64,000 nucleotides of DNA from Caldilineaceae bacterium (GCA_041391125.1 JAWKON010000042.1:3154-67153), one strand, 5' to 3'. Shown: positions 39,407 to 51,286, counted from the stretch's first letter. Program-made: numbers and translations. The notes: generated by a model from the sequence alone, not told the origin.

Positions 39407-40659
39407 TGAAAGCAATTTTGCGTCGATTAGAGTGTCATAATTATAAAAACATTCACCTGGAAGCTGGTCTTGAATTAGATCAGCTAAACATATTTATTGG
39501 TCCAAACGGTGCGGGAAAAAGCAATCTAATTGGGTTGCTTCAATTCTTGCAACAATGCTTGATTCATCTGAACGCTAGATAGAGGGCGGACAAGTTTTGA
39601 GGATGCTGTTTGTATGGGCTGATAAAGAATTCTCGACGGGAGAATGCAAGGTCAGCCAATGTTGAACTCAATTACACGTTTGACGACAATATACATTTTT
39701 TCCTCACTTTACTGGTGCAATCTCAGCGCCACCCAAGTAATCATTGATGATGGGCGCTAGCTCGCAATCAGAACGAATGAACCATTTTATTTTCCAAGCC
39801 CATAATCGAGGAAGTGGTCGGGGAGTTGTATCAGTTTATGATGATGCAACCCTAAAGGGGATTACTCATTATGAGAAGATTACAGATATTCCAGTTAATG
39901 ACTTGGTTCTCGCGAATATTCCAAGTTGCTTGAACGCAGTGCGTTCCCCCGAGCAAACACCCCGTATTCCGAAACTCGCAGAAAACTAATGAAACCATTC
40001 GTGGCTGGAGATTTTACAATGCCAATAACATGAATTTGGGGGATATACGAGAAGTGAACCCCAACTTGGACCCCAAGATGAGTTATTCTTCAACAGGCGA
40101 AAACCTTGCCTTGGTTTTCCATAACTTAGTGCAATCCGATTTTGAATTCGAAGAACAGATTAATCAGTTAGTTATGGATATTTTACCTGAAGCTCGTAGA
40201 TTCGAGCATATGCCTCTGGCAGGTTGAGGCTAACCGTTGAATGGTATGTGGAAGTATTACAAAGCCCGTTTTACCTAGATCAAATGTCAGATGGCACCGT
40301 TAGGATGTTATGCTGGGCAATTATACTTAACTCACCCTAAATTGCCATCCCTAATAGCGATAGATGAACCAGAATTGGGTATTCATGTATCCTGGTTATA
40401 TCGCTTGCTGCTTGGATTAAACATGCAGCAGGAAAACACAGGTGATTGTCAGCACCCTGCTTCGATCTCTTAGACCATTTTACCGATCAGCTAGATACAG
40501 ATGGCAACATACTGGTTTTGAGCTGGATAAGAGAAAATCATCAACATTTCAATGTCAACAAGTTAACCAAAGATACCGTGATCGAATGGCTAGAGGGCTG
40601 GCAGTTGGGCGACCCAGCACCGTGTAGGAGATCCATCTGTTGGAGGTTGGCCGTGGTAG
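39407..40659 (+). pseudogene. ABC-type (AAA15/AAA21-like, COG4637-like) ATPase on an AT-rich island; many frame shifts
   Basis: MKAILRRLECHNYKNI...IFIGPNGAGKSNLIGLLQFL (Walker A), WRFYNANNMNL, GENLALVFHNL, QMSDGTVRMLCWAI (signature), LIAIDEPELGIH (Walker B), QVIVST, LLDHFTD and GDPSVGGWPW* appear in order across frames. G+C is about 35-40 %. Confidence 0.7.
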
Positions 40660-41269
40660 TTTGGATCTTTTTGCAGGTGGCGGAGAGTCTGAAGTAGAAG
40701 GCTTAAAACCCTTTTTTGAAAACAACTATCCTCAGCACCAATTGAGCTGAAGTTGCCAGAGCGTCGTAAGCCTGACCCCAAACCGACTGGTCAGCCAGGC
40801 TATGGCCGCGCCCTGAATGCGCTTATCTGCGCAGATTGTTAAAAGTTGAGCATCGCTATCACGCGGTAATATATGCGATTTCATATTGGTTATTGACGAT
40901 CTCGATTGCCAAAGAGATCCATCAAAAGATCAATATTTTTACAAAAGCTGTAGACACTGTCGCTTCCGGTACCCAATCCCTCTTCATATTGGTCTGGCTT
41001 CACCAGAAATAGAAGCATGGCTAATTGCTGATTGGGACAATACTTTTGCACGACGTAGATTTTCGTCACTGCCATAGTGCAATGCGTCATTGGCTACGGA
41101 CTCAGAAGAACGTAAAATTCGATATAGAAGATTTAGCGAGTTTGACCCAGACAAAAATACATGTGTTGAAAAGTTATCTGATGCCATTATAGAATCCACT
41201 CAAAACCGATATTTCAGCAAAGCGAGAATATTCGAAAGCAATCCACACTCGACTATTGAGAAAAGCTGA
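40654..41269 (+). pseudogene. DUF4276-like small protein, partner of the ATPase; frame-shifted
   Basis: The GTG start overlaps the upstream stop (GTGGTAG). Motifs are VWIF/LDLFAGGGESEVEGLKPFFEN at the N-terminus, VIDDLDC, and ASPEIEAWLIADWD. It ends ...STIEKS* at 41267-41269 and is followed by the 9-bp hairpin gctgatagt/actatcagc. The family assignment is from memory of DUF4276 motifs. Confidence 0.45.
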
Positions 41270-41358
41270 TAGTCAAACTATCAGCCAATAAATGTCCTCT
41301 TTATCGCCAAATCCATATTAAATTATCATCTGTATAGGATGTGCTGAGAGACAACCCA

Positions 41359-42257
41359 ATGAACATCAACATCGCCACTGCCCCGGTCTCCTGGGGCGTG
41401 CTCATGAAGGACACCCCCAACGTTCCCCCCTATACCGAAGTTTTAGACGGCATCCAGGCCGCGGGCTACACCGGCACCGAGCTCGGTCCCTATGGCTATC
41501 TGCCCTTTGACATCCCCCAGATTGCGCGCCGAACTTGACTCGCGTGGGCTCCAACTCATCTCAGCCTTTACCATTTTCAACTTCGTCGAAGGCAAAAAGG
41601 ACAGAAGTAGTCTATCGCCGGTAACTAGAAACCATGCAGGTGCTCAGCGCGGGATGCGAATACATTGTGCTCTCCGATGCGCTCTTTGTCATTGAAAATC
41701 GCGCCCGCCGCGCCGGCCGCATTCGCCCGCAAGATTCGCTGAGCGGTGCGCAGTGGGATCAAGCGGCGCAGAACGTCAACGATTTCGCCAAGATTGTCCA
41801 CGAAGAGTATGGCATGCGGTGCGCCGCCCATCCTCACGTGGGCGGCTACCTGGAGACCGATTTTGAGCTGGACGCCTTTCTAGAGCGCACCAATCCCGAG
41901 CTGGTCGGCCTCTGCTTTGACATGGCGCACATTGCGTATGGCGGCGGCGATCCGGTGGCCGTGCTGGACAAATGGCGCGACCGCACCTGGTACATGCACA
42001 TCAAAGAGTGCAACAACGTGGTGCGCGACCAAGTGCTGGGCCGCGAAGGTGACTATTTTGACGGTGTGCAGGCCGGCGTCTTCCCAGAAATTGGCCAAGG
42101 CACCATCGACTGGCAGAGCATCCGCCGCATTTTAGAGGAAATGAATTATCAAGGCTGGGGTACGGTAGAGCAGGACATCCTGCCCGGCATGGGTATCGAT
42201 CCGCTGGAAAGCGCCAAGCGCAATCGCGCCTATTTGCGCCGCGAACTGGGCTGGTAA
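41359..42257 (+). pseudogene. iolE: inosose dehydratase-like sugar-phosphate isomerase/epimerase (xylose isomerase-like TIM barrel), two frame shifts
   Basis: NIATAPVSWGVLMKD....Y..VLDGIQAAGYTGTELGPYG resembles the IolE N-terminus. The rest (ORF 41634-42257) has HPHVGG, DMAHIAYGG, MHIKE and GWGTVEQD. Confidence 0.6.
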
Positions 42258-42362
42258 CCTACATAGCGCAGAGTGCGATGCACGGCGTCCAAAACTCTCG
42301 GCCTAGCCAACCGCTTATCCGCCAGTCGCAGCGGCTAGCTACGCAAACGCAATCATCAACCA

Positions 42363-44340
42363 ATGTCTACCATCAAAGAAGGCGACCTGCTCTGGCAGCC
42401 CTCGCCCGCCACAATTGAACAGGCCAACTTAACCCGCTACATGCGCTGGCTGTCCCAACATAAGGGACTGCACTTTGCTAGCTATCCCGAACTGTGGCGC
42501 TGGTCGGTGGAAAACCTTGGCCCTTTCTGGCAGACCATCTGGGACTTCTGCCAGATCAAGGCGTCGGCGCGCGGAGAAATTGCGCTGGCGGATGATGCTA
42601 TGCCGGGCGCACGCTGGTTTCCCGACGCCCGCCTCAATTATGCGGAAAATATTTTTGCGCAGGCGTCGGACACGCGTCCGGCACTGCTATACGAAAACGA
42701 GAATAGCGCACTCATCGAAATAAGCTGGCCGGAGTTGACGGCCCAAACGGCGGCCCTCCAACAGACGCTCTTAGCCGCCGGAGTACGAAAAGGGGATCGC
42801 GTCGCCGCCTATCTGCCTAATATTCCCGAAGCAATCATTGGCTGCTTGGCCACAGTGGGAGTGGGCGCGGTCTGGTCCAGCGCCTCGCCCGATTTTGGCG
42901 CCAAGGCGGTGCTGGATCGCTTTTCGCAGATCGAGCCCAAGGTACTGCTGGCGGTGGATGGCTATCGCTATGGCGGCAAAGATTTTGAACGGGTCGACAC
43001 AGTGCAACAATTGCAAGCTGGCTTGCCCACGGTGCAGCAGACAATCATCGTTCCCCTGCTCGATCTGCCGCTGGACGGGCTGCAAAACACTAGCCGCTGG
43101 GACGACGCCTTGCGTTTGCATATTGGGGCGGCAACGCCCGTTTTTGAGCAAGTTTCATTTGACCACCCGCTGTGGGTGCTCTATTCATCCGGCACCACCG
43201 GGCTGCCCAAACCCATTGTCCACGGCCACGGCGGCAACCTGTTGGAACACGCCAAATCGCTAACGCTGCACAACGACATCCGTCCCGGTGACCGCTTTTT
43301 CTGGTTCACCAGCACCGGCTGGATGATGTGGAACTATCTGCTCGGCTCCATGCTGGCGGGCAGCACCGCCATTCTGTACAACGGCAGCCCGGCCACGCCT
43401 ACGCTGGACCGCCTGTGGAGCTTGGCCGAGCGCAGCGGCATGACCTACTTTGGCCTATCGCCGGCCTATATTGCGGCGTGCATCAATGCGGGCATTCGGC
43501 CGAATCAAATCCACGATCTGAGCAAATTGCGCGCCATCGGCTCCACCGGCGCGCCGCTGCCGGTCAGCGCGTTTCAGTGGATATACGAAAATGTTCATGC
43601 CGATGTAGCGCTTGAATCGCTGAGCGGCGGCACCGATGTGTGTACGGCCTTTGTGGGCGGCGCCCGCATCCAGCCCATTTACGCCGGTGAATTGCAGGGC
43701 GCTTCATTGGGAGCTAAGGTGCAGGCATACAATGCGGTGGGTCAGCCCGTGGCGGATGAAGTGGGCGAACTGGTGATCAGCGCGCCCATGCCCTCCATGC
43801 CGGTCAGGTTTTGGAACGATCCGGACGGTGAGCGCTATCGAGCCAGCTATTTTGATGTCTACCCAGGCGTTTGGCGGCACGGCGACTGGATCAAGTTTAA
43901 CCAGCGCGGCGGCTGCGTGATCTATGGCCGCTCCGATTCGACCATCAACCGCAAGGGCGTACGCATGGGGACCAGCGAGATCTACGCCTGTGTGGAGGCC
44001 ATAGATGAGGTGATGGACAGCCTGGTGGTTGATTTGAACAAGCTGGGGCGAGATTCATTATGCGCTTTTTGTATTGCTGCGAAAATTCAAGGCTCGATGA
44101 TACACTCAGCGCGCTATCAACCAGCGGCTGCGCAATGAGCTTTCACCGCGTCACATTCCCGACGCTATTTACCAGGTGAAGGATATCCCCTACACCTTGA
44201 GCGGCAAAAAGCTGGAAATACCCGTGCGCCGCATCCTGCTCGGGGAAGATGTGGAAAAGGCTGCCAACCCGGGCGCCATGCGCAATCCGCAGGCGCTGGC
44301 CTTTTTTATCGAATTAGCCGAAAAATTAAACACCAAATAG
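42363..44340 (+). CDS. acetoacetate-CoA ligase (acetoacetyl-CoA synthetase)-like acyl-CoA synthetase; frame shift near 44060-44130
   Basis: LWQPS...I..ANLTRYMRWL, YSSGTTGLPKPIVH and GSTGAPL. The C-terminus (LSPRHIPDAIYQVKDIPYTLSGKKLEIPVRRILLG...LNTK*) lies in another frame and ends at 44340. Confidence 0.8.
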
Positions 44341-44396
44341 AAAACTGATAAAAGAGATGCTATGATGCGAATGTGAAGCGGAATAGGCATCTAAAC

Positions 44397-44512
44397 CATG
44401 ATTTTTATGATTTGCTGATGGGCTATGATTTCGGGTAGCGGATAGCGAGAAGGAAATGACAACGAACTTTTGGCGGCGGAATCATAATATTCATAAAATC
44501 ACAAAAATCATT
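44397..44512. repeat. single diverged copy of the 118-bp stem-loop element
   Basis: catgatttttatgatttgctgatgggctatgatt...gggtagcggatagcga...aaatgacaacgaac...aatcataat..ataaaatcacaaaaatcatt. Same organisation as 10317-10617. Confidence 0.8.
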
Positions 44513-44578
44513 GTACGGACAAGGTTTTTCTTTCACTTACCGCGCCACTCTGAATAGTAACAAGAAAACGAGGCCAAC

Positions 44579-45399
44579 ATGAAGCACAGAATCCAATCCG
44601 ACTATAGCCAGACCAAACGGTGGATGTGACCCGTGAATCAGCCGGGTGGGACTATCTTGACCTATTTCGCCGTGGTGCGGTTGCAGCCCGGTGAAAGATT
44701 GCGCGGAAGCGACAGGTGGCGACGAGGTGGCGCTGGTGCCGCTGCAAAGGTGCAGGCACATTAGCCGCCAGCGACCAACAATGGTCGTATCGCGCGAAAA
44801 TGTTTTCACCCAGTTGCCGCACGTTATCTACCGCCGCCGGGCCAGGAGATCAAAGTGGGCAACAGCGCACGGTGCGCTGGGCGGCGCCCCGGCCACCGGC
44901 AAATATCCGGTGCGCCTCTTTACGCCAGAGGAACAGAAAGTGGAAATCCGCGGGGGTGGACCGGCCGTGCTTGAAGTGCATCATACGCTGGCCTGGCCGC
45001 GCTGCCCGCCGAGCGGCTGATTCTCTTTGAAGTGTACGTGCCGGGCGGAACCTGTGGCCGCCCACTGTCACGACCGCGTGGGCGATTCCCCCTATTTGGA
45101 GGAGACCTACTATTACCGCATCCAGCCCGAAAACGGCCAGCCTTCCACACAACTACCGCCGCGACACCGACTTCGATGAAGTGATTCCAGCTCGCCACGG
45201 CGACTGCGTGCTGGTGACGCAGGGCTTTCACCCGGTTGCGGCCAACCCCAACTCCAAATATCTATTTTTCTCAATTACTTAGCCGGTGAGCCGCAAAACG
45301 AGGCCGTGACTATCGCCCCTTTGAAGACCCGACACCACCTGGATCAAGAAAGACAACTGGGACGCCAATCAGATGACGTTGCCGATTCAATGGAAGTGA
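44579..45399 (+). pseudogene. iolB: 5-deoxy-glucuronate isomerase, multiple frame shifts
   Basis: GWDYLD..VVRLQPGE, EVALVPL, SRENVFTQLPHVIY, KYPVRLFTPEE.KVEIRGGG, ERLILFEVYVPGG, HCHDRVGDSPYLEETYYYRIQPENG and GFHPVAANP appear in IolB order across three frames. Confidence 0.7.
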
Positions 45400-45488
45400 A
45401 GAGGACAAGGTGACAGGATGAAGAGGATGACAAGGTGATATGGTGACTTCTTGAGCTCAGTCATCTTGTCATCTTGTCATCTTGTCAA
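45400..45488. repeat. word hairpin, family GATGACAAG
   Basis: gaagaggacaaggtgacaggatgaagaggatgacaaggtga ... agtcatcttgtcatcttgtcatcttgtca, lying between iolB and iolD. Confidence 0.85.
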
Positions 45489-45506
45489 ACCACAAGGAGA
45501 AACCTA

Positions 45507-47430
45507 ATGAGTACGAACGCCACCACCCGCCTGACCATGTCGCGGGCAATCGTGCAGTTTTAAAAATCAATACAGCGAACGCGATGGGGTTGAGCACAAG
45601 TTTTTGCCGGCTGCTTTGGCATCTTTGGCCACGGCAATGTGTCCGGCATGGGGCAGGCGCTGCAGCAATATCCCGACTTTCGTTATTATCAGGCGCGTAA
45701 TGAACAGGCTATGGTGCATACTGCGGCCGCCTGTCTGAAACATGCCAACCGGCTGCGCACCCTTGCCTGCACCACCTCCATTGGCCCCGGCGCCACCAAC
45801 ATGGTGACCGGCGCCGCCACCGCCACGGTCAACCGGCTGCCGGTGCTGCTGCTGCCCGGCGACATTTTTGCCCGCCGCAATGTGGCCCCTGTCCTCCGCT
45901 TGGGAATCGAATGGGAGCACAGCCAGGACATCTCGGCCAACGACTGCTTCAAACCGGTCAGCCGCTACTGGGACCGCATCAACCGGCCCGACCAGCGCTG
46001 GTTACGTCGCTCATCAGGGCCATGCGCGTGCTCACCAGCCCGGCCGATACCGGCGCCGTCACCGTGGCCATCCCGCAGGACGTGCCAGACCGAAGCATGG
46101 GATTACCCCAGCGAACTCTTTGCGAAGCGTCTGGCGCATTCCGCCGCAACCGGCCCGATGCTGATGCGATCAAACGGGCGGCGCAAAGATACATCCGCAA
46201 CGCCCAGAAGCCCATGATCATCGCCGGCGGCGGCGTGGCTCTATAGCGAAGCCACGGCCACGCTGGCCAACTTTGTGGAGCGCACGGGCATCCCCGTGGG
46301 CGAGACGATGGCGGGCAAAGTATGCGCTACGACAACCCACTCTGCCTGGGCGCCGTAGGCACCGCTGATACTTCTGCCGCCAACATTGTAGCCAAAGAGG
46401 CCGACCTGATCATCGGTATCGGCACCCGCTACAGCGACTTTACCACGGCCAGCAAAACCCAGTTCCGCAACGCCGACGTGCATTTTGTCAATATCAACGT
46501 AGCCGAGTTCGATTCCGCCAAACATAGCGCCATCCCCTCACCGGCGATGCCAAAGTTACATTGGAAGAGCTGCTCGGCCTTTTGGATGGCTACATCTTGA
46601 AGCCAATCAATCTCAAGCGCGCAAGCTACACGATGCGTGGGAAGCCGAAGTGGATCGCCTCTACGCCATCCAGACCGCCGACAGCGGCTTGCCCTGGCAG
46701 GCGCGCTTATCGGCGCCGTCAACGACCACGGCGACCCCAATGCCGTCATGGTGGGCGCGGCGGGCAGCCTGCCCGGCGACATGCACAAGCTGTGGCGGGC
46801 GCGCCATCCCAAGCAATATCACCTGGAGTATGGCTACTCATGCATGGGCTACGAGATTGCCGGCGGGCTGGGCCTCAAATGGCCGACCCGGACCGCGAGG
46901 TCTATGTCATGGTGGGCGACGGCTCCTATTTGATGATGAACACCGACCTGATCACCTCGGTGCAGGAAGGGTATAAGCTGACCGTGGTGCTCATGGACAA
47001 CAGCGGCTTCCGCTCCATTGGCTCGCTGAGCCGCAGCCTGGGTCAAGGTGGCTTTGGCACCCGCTACGTCTTCCCCGAAAATGGCGGGCTGCCCACCGAT
47101 GCCAAGGGCTATGAGGTGGATACGCTGCCGGTGGACCTGGCCATGAACGCCCTGGCCTGGGCCGCCACGTCATCGAATGCAGCAGCGTGGATGATGTGAT
47201 TCAGGCGCTGCAGGACGCCGAGCATTGACCGCACCACCGTCATCCACGTGCGCAACGACCGCTACCTGGGCGTCCCCGGCTACGAAAGCTGGTGGGACGT
47301 ACCCGTGGCCGAAGTCAGCGAGCTGGATTCGGTCAACGCCGCCCGCGAAGAGTGGGCGGAGAATCAGGTGATGGAGCGCGCTATTTTTGGAGAGCCTGTG
47401 AGGATGAGGGATGACAAGATGACCGGGTGA
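45507..47430 (+). pseudogene. iolD: 3D-(3,5/4)-trihydroxycyclohexane-1,2-dione acylhydrolase (ThDP enzyme), many frame shifts
   Basis: AAGGAG RBS, then MSTNATTRLTMSRAIVQFLKNQYSERDG...FGHGNVSGMGQAL...ARNEQAMVH...SIGPGATNMVTGAA...GDGSYLMMN (ThDP motif)...VVLMDN...WWDVPVAEVS, spread over all + frames. Confidence 0.8.
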
Positions 47431-47573
47431 CAAGGTGAATCCTGTTCTGGCCAACTGATTTCGTCGGCGCGTTGGGGCATGATTGGCGGCGGGAAAGCGC
47501 GGCGACAGCAGATTGGATTTGTTCGCCGCCTATCGTGCCCCGCCGGCCAACATTTAGTTGAGCCAATATCATA

Positions 47574-48256
47574 ATGAACGAAACAGAATTGACCTTGGCC
47601 CATTTAAAACAGGCTATCAGCTCAAATGGAGCCCCACCATCGCCGCGAAAAGAAAAAGCCATTTATGGCTAACGCGGCTACACCTTCTCGAACTACTTTC
47701 GGCTCAACAATTCAGCGGTCGAAATTGCGGCGCTGCTCGGCTACACGTATGAGCACGCATATCTCAATCTGCCGTACAGAAAGATGCGCTGCCAAACTGG
47801 AATTACGCTGCAACACAGGCTAAACAGATCTGGTACATATTGCATGACCAGCAAAATGGCGCGGCGAATTTTTGATTGCGCCGATTCTGGCTAACTGCTC
47901 GACTATGTGGATGCCCGCCTGAGCGTTGGTACCACCATCAGCGTCAACAACATTTTGCGAGGCGCGCTTGACTACTACTTGGAGGCCAGCGCCTGCTGCG
48001 TGGTGATTGAGGCCAGAATGCTGATTTACAGGCTGCCCGGCTTTCATCAGCTCATGGCGGAAATGGCCGCGCTGGATCAACATCCCGGACATACCGGCCT
48101 GCTCTACGGCATCACCGTGGGGGACGTGTGGCAATTTGGACGGCTGCACCGCCCCACCAAAGCGATCTATCAGACCTTGCGCTCTACACGATTCCCGCCC
48201 AGGTGGAATCGCTACTGCGCACTTTGATTGCAATACTCACAAAGGAATACCTATGA
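47574..48256 (+). pseudogene. HsdR_N-like (type I restriction enzyme R N-terminal domain / PD-(D/E)XK-like) protein embedded in the iol cluster, frame-shifted
   Basis: MNETELTLAHLKQAI..., then LLDYVDARLSVGTTISVNNILRGALDYYLE, VVIEA, HQLMAEMAAL, LLYGITVGDVWQFGRL and ..[17 protein letters not shown] whose TGA overlaps the mmsA ATG (ATGA at 48253-48256). Local G+C looks lower than the flanks by eye. The family call is from memory of the cyanobacterial/Chloroflexi family. Confidence 0.4.
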
Positions 48257-49730
48257 CCACAAACGGACAGCTACTCAACTACGTCAACGGCCAGTGGGCG
48301 CGCTCCGCGCCGCTGACTATCTGGACGTGATGAATCCGGCCACGGCGCAGGCCATCACGACCGTACCCATGTCGCCGGGCGGTGAGGTGGACAATGCGGT
48401 GCAAAAGGCGCAGGCAGCCTACGTTGGCTGGCGCCACACGCCGGTGGGCGACCGCATCCAGCCGCTCTTTAAGCTCAAGCAGCTCTTGGAAGACAATCTG
48501 GACGCATTTGGGCGCATTATTACCGACGAGTGCGGCAAGACCTATGCCGAAAGCGTGGCCGAAATGCGCCGCGGCATCGAAAATGTGGAGGTGGCGTGCG
48601 GCGCGCCGGTTCTCATGCAGGGCTACAACAACGAAGACATTGCCCGCGGCATCGATGAGCACATGTTCCGCCAGCCGTTGGGCGTGGTGGCGGCCATCAC
48701 CCCCTTCAACTTCCCCGGCATGATCCCGCTCTGGTTTCTGCCCTATGCGGTGGCCACGGGCAACTGCTTTATCCTCAAGCCCAGCGAAAAGGTGCCCATG
48801 AGCAGCCAAAAGCTCTTTGAGCTGATCGACCAGGCGGGCTTCCCGGCGGGCGTGCTGCAATTGGTCAACGGCGGCAAAGAGACGGTGGACGCGCTGCTGG
48901 ATCACCCCGGCGTCCGCGCCATCAGCTTTGTGGGCTCGACGCCGGTGGCCAGATATGTGTACAGCCGGGCCACGGCCAACGGCAAGCGCGCCCAATGTCA
49001 GGGCGGCGCCAAGAATCCGGTGGTGATCATGCCCGACGCCGATTTGGAATCGGCCACGCGCATTGTGGCAGACTCGGCCTGGGGCTGCGCCGGTCAGCGC
49101 TGTCTGGCGCTCTCGGTGGCCGTGACCGTGGGCGAGGCCAAGAACACTTTTACCGAAATGCTGGCCGATGCCGCTGCCAGCCGCAAGGTGGGCTATGGGC
49201 TGGGCGAAGGCATCGAAATGGGTCCCGTCATCACGGGCGAGAGCAAAACGCGCATTGAGAGCATTATTGGCAAAGCGGGTCAAGAAGGCGCCAATGTGCT
49301 GGTGGATGGACGAGACAAAAAGGTGGGCGGTTACGAAGATGGCTACTTTGTCTTCCCCACCATTTTGGACAACGTGAACCCCAACGGCGAAATCGCTAAG
49401 ACCGAAATCTTTGGCCCGGTGCTGAGCATGATGCACGCCAATACGGTCGAAGACGCGCTGGAGATCGTCAACAACAGCGCCTATGGCAACATGGCCTGCA
49501 TCTTCACCAGCGACGGCAACACGGCCCGCCAGTTCCGCTACGGCGCCGACGCCGGCAATGTGGGCATCAACATTGGCGTAGCTGCTCCGATGGCCTATTT
49601 CCCCTTTAGCGGCTGGAACGAAAGCTTTTTCGGCGACCTGCACGCCCAAAGCCACCACGGCGTCGAGTTCTACACGCAGACCAAGGTGGTGGTGGAACGG
49701 TGGCCGCGGGAGTGGAGTCGGAAGTTTTAG
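48253..49730 (+). CDS. mmsA: CoA-acylating methylmalonate/malonate-semialdehyde dehydrogenase; one frame shift at about codon 17-22
   Basis: [18 protein letters not shown] (ORF 48136-48330), then [12 protein letters not shown]...ITPFNFP...[10 protein letters not shown]...VGST.VA...G.RCLA (ORF 48228-49730). Typical MmsA/IolA. Confidence 0.85.
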
Positions 49731-49739
49731 GAGTGCTGC

Positions 49740-49830
49740 TTATAGCTGTATTGCTGTATTGCTGTATTGCTGTATAAAGGGTTGTCTCAGTGAGAAATAC
49801 AGCAAGACAGCGATAAGCTATACAACAACA
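49740..49830. repeat. word hairpin, variant family GTATTGCT
   Basis: cttatagctgtattgctgtattgctgtattgctgtat ... aaatacagcaagacagcgataagctatac. Confidence 0.8.
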
Positions 49831-49849
49831 AACCCAAAGGAACACCACA

Positions 49850-51019
49850 TTGCAAACACACACACTCGGCATCGGCGTAATCGGCATGGGCTGGATGGGG
49901 CAGGCGCATAGCCGGGCGTATCGGAATATTGCGGACCGCTTTTATGATAGCGGCATTCGTCCCCAACTGGTGATTTGCGGCGATGAGGCGCCGGCGCGGG
50001 CGCAGCAGGCGCAAGAGGCGCTGGGCTTCGCGCAATCGACCACCGATTGGCATGAGGTGATTGAACATCCCAACGTGCAGGTGGTCAACGTGGCTTCGCC
50101 CAACTATCTGCATTTGGAGATGGTGCGGGCGGCCACGGCGGCGGGCAAGCACGTCTTTTGCGAAAAACCGGTGGGTCGCTCGCCCGCCGAAACGGCGGAG
50201 ATTGAGCGGTTGGCGCGTGAGGCGGGCGTGATGAGCTTTGTGGGATTCAACTATCGCTGGGCGCCCATGGTGCAATATGCCAAACAGCTCATTGACGAGG
50301 GCCGGCTAGGCCAAATCACGCATTACCGCGGCCGCTTTTTCGCCATGTATGGCTCTAACCCGCTGGGGCATCTCACCTGGCGCTTTAAGCAAGAGTATGC
50401 CGGTTCGGGCGTGCTGGGCGACATTATGTCCCACGCCGTGGATATGGCGCACATGTTGATTGGCGACATTGACCGCGTGGTCAGCAGCCGCCACACCTTC
50501 ATCACCGAACGCCCCCTTCCCAGCGGCCAAGGCACGCACTTCGGCCTGGGTCAACCGGGTGACCCCACTGGGCCGGTCGAGAATGAAGATTACGTGGGCG
50601 CGCTGGTCCAATTTGCCAACGGCGCCCAAGGCTCGTTTGAAACCTGCCGCGCCATCTTTGGTCCCAAATGTGAAATGTCGTTTGAGGTCAATGGGACCAA
50701 AGGCGCGCTCAAATGGAACTTTGAACGACTTAATGAGCTGGAACTTTATCTTCCTACCGAGGATGCCGCCTCCGATGGCTACACGAATCTACTGGGTGGA
50801 CCGCGCTTTCCGTTCCACGGCCGCTTTAATCCGGGCGACGGCATTGGCGTGGGCTACGAGGATCTCAAATGCATTGAGGCGTTCCACTTTCTCCGCTCTA
50901 TTGCAGACGGCCAGCAGATCGAGCCCAGTTTTGCCTCGGCGCTTAAACTGGCCAATGTACAGACGGCCATGATGAAGTCGTGGGAGAGTGGAGGGTGGGA
51001 GGCAGTATCGAGTGTTTAG
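49850..51019 (+). CDS. Gfo/Idh/MocA family oxidoreductase, probable inositol dehydrogenase
   Basis: [16 protein letters not shown] Rossmann motif and FCEKPV. TTG start with an AAAGGA RBS. The functional guess comes only from the iol-cluster context. Confidence 0.75.
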   Translation: MQTHTLGIGVIGMGWMGQAHSRAYRNIADRFYDSGIRPQLVICGDEAPARAQQAQEALGFAQSTTDWHEVIEHPNVQVVNVASPNYLHLEMVRAATAAGKHVFCEKPVGRSPAETAEIERLAREAGVMSFVGFNYRWAPMVQYAKQLIDEGRLGQITHYRGRFFAMYGSNPLGHLTWRFKQEYAGSGVLGDIMSHAVDMAHMLIGDIDRVVSSRHTFITERPLPSGQGTHFGLGQPGDPTGPVENEDYVGALVQFANGAQGSFETCRAIFGPKCEMSFEVNGTKGALKWNFERLNELELYLPTEDAASDGYTNLLGGPRFPFHGRFNPGDGIGVGYEDLKCIEAFHFLRSIADGQQIEPSFASALKLANVQTAMMKSWESGGWEAVSSV

Positions 51020-51104
51020 GATTGAGTATTCCGTGGCTGATTTTTTCACGAAACAAGCTCCACGCATTCTATTACTCAATACTCGATAAAAAAGAGACAC
51101 TCCC

Positions 51105-51179
51105 ATGACCAATTCCAACGCATCCCCCGTCATCGAAGCCCGCGGCATTTCCAAGGGCAAAGGGGCACTATCTACATAA
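51105..51179 (+). pseudogene. 24-codon remnant resembling the N-terminus of an ABC-transporter ATP-binding protein
   Basis: MTNSNASPVIEARGISKGKGALST* resembles the usual ...P.IE.RGISK.FG start of sugar ABC ATPases but stops after 24 codons. No ATPase gene is present in this transporter cluster. Confidence 0.3.
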
Positions 51180-51286
51180 CAGAAACTCGCAACCCTACAA
51201 CAGCTTCAACCGGTACCCGCAACACGCAACATTCCAGTTTTCAACGCAACACCAAAACCAATACCATCCCATTAAGGAGGACCTCC

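Noticed and set aside
44190-44390. 66-aa minus-strand ORF.
   Set aside because: It lies antisense to the conserved C-terminus of the acyl-CoA synthetase (..IPYTLSGKKLEIPVRRILLG..), which continues in a + frame to 44340.
47820-48233. 137-aa minus-strand ORF.
   Set aside because: The + strand carries recognisable HsdR_N-like motifs over the same interval. The minus-strand translation has no motif and overlaps the mmsA ribosome-binding region.
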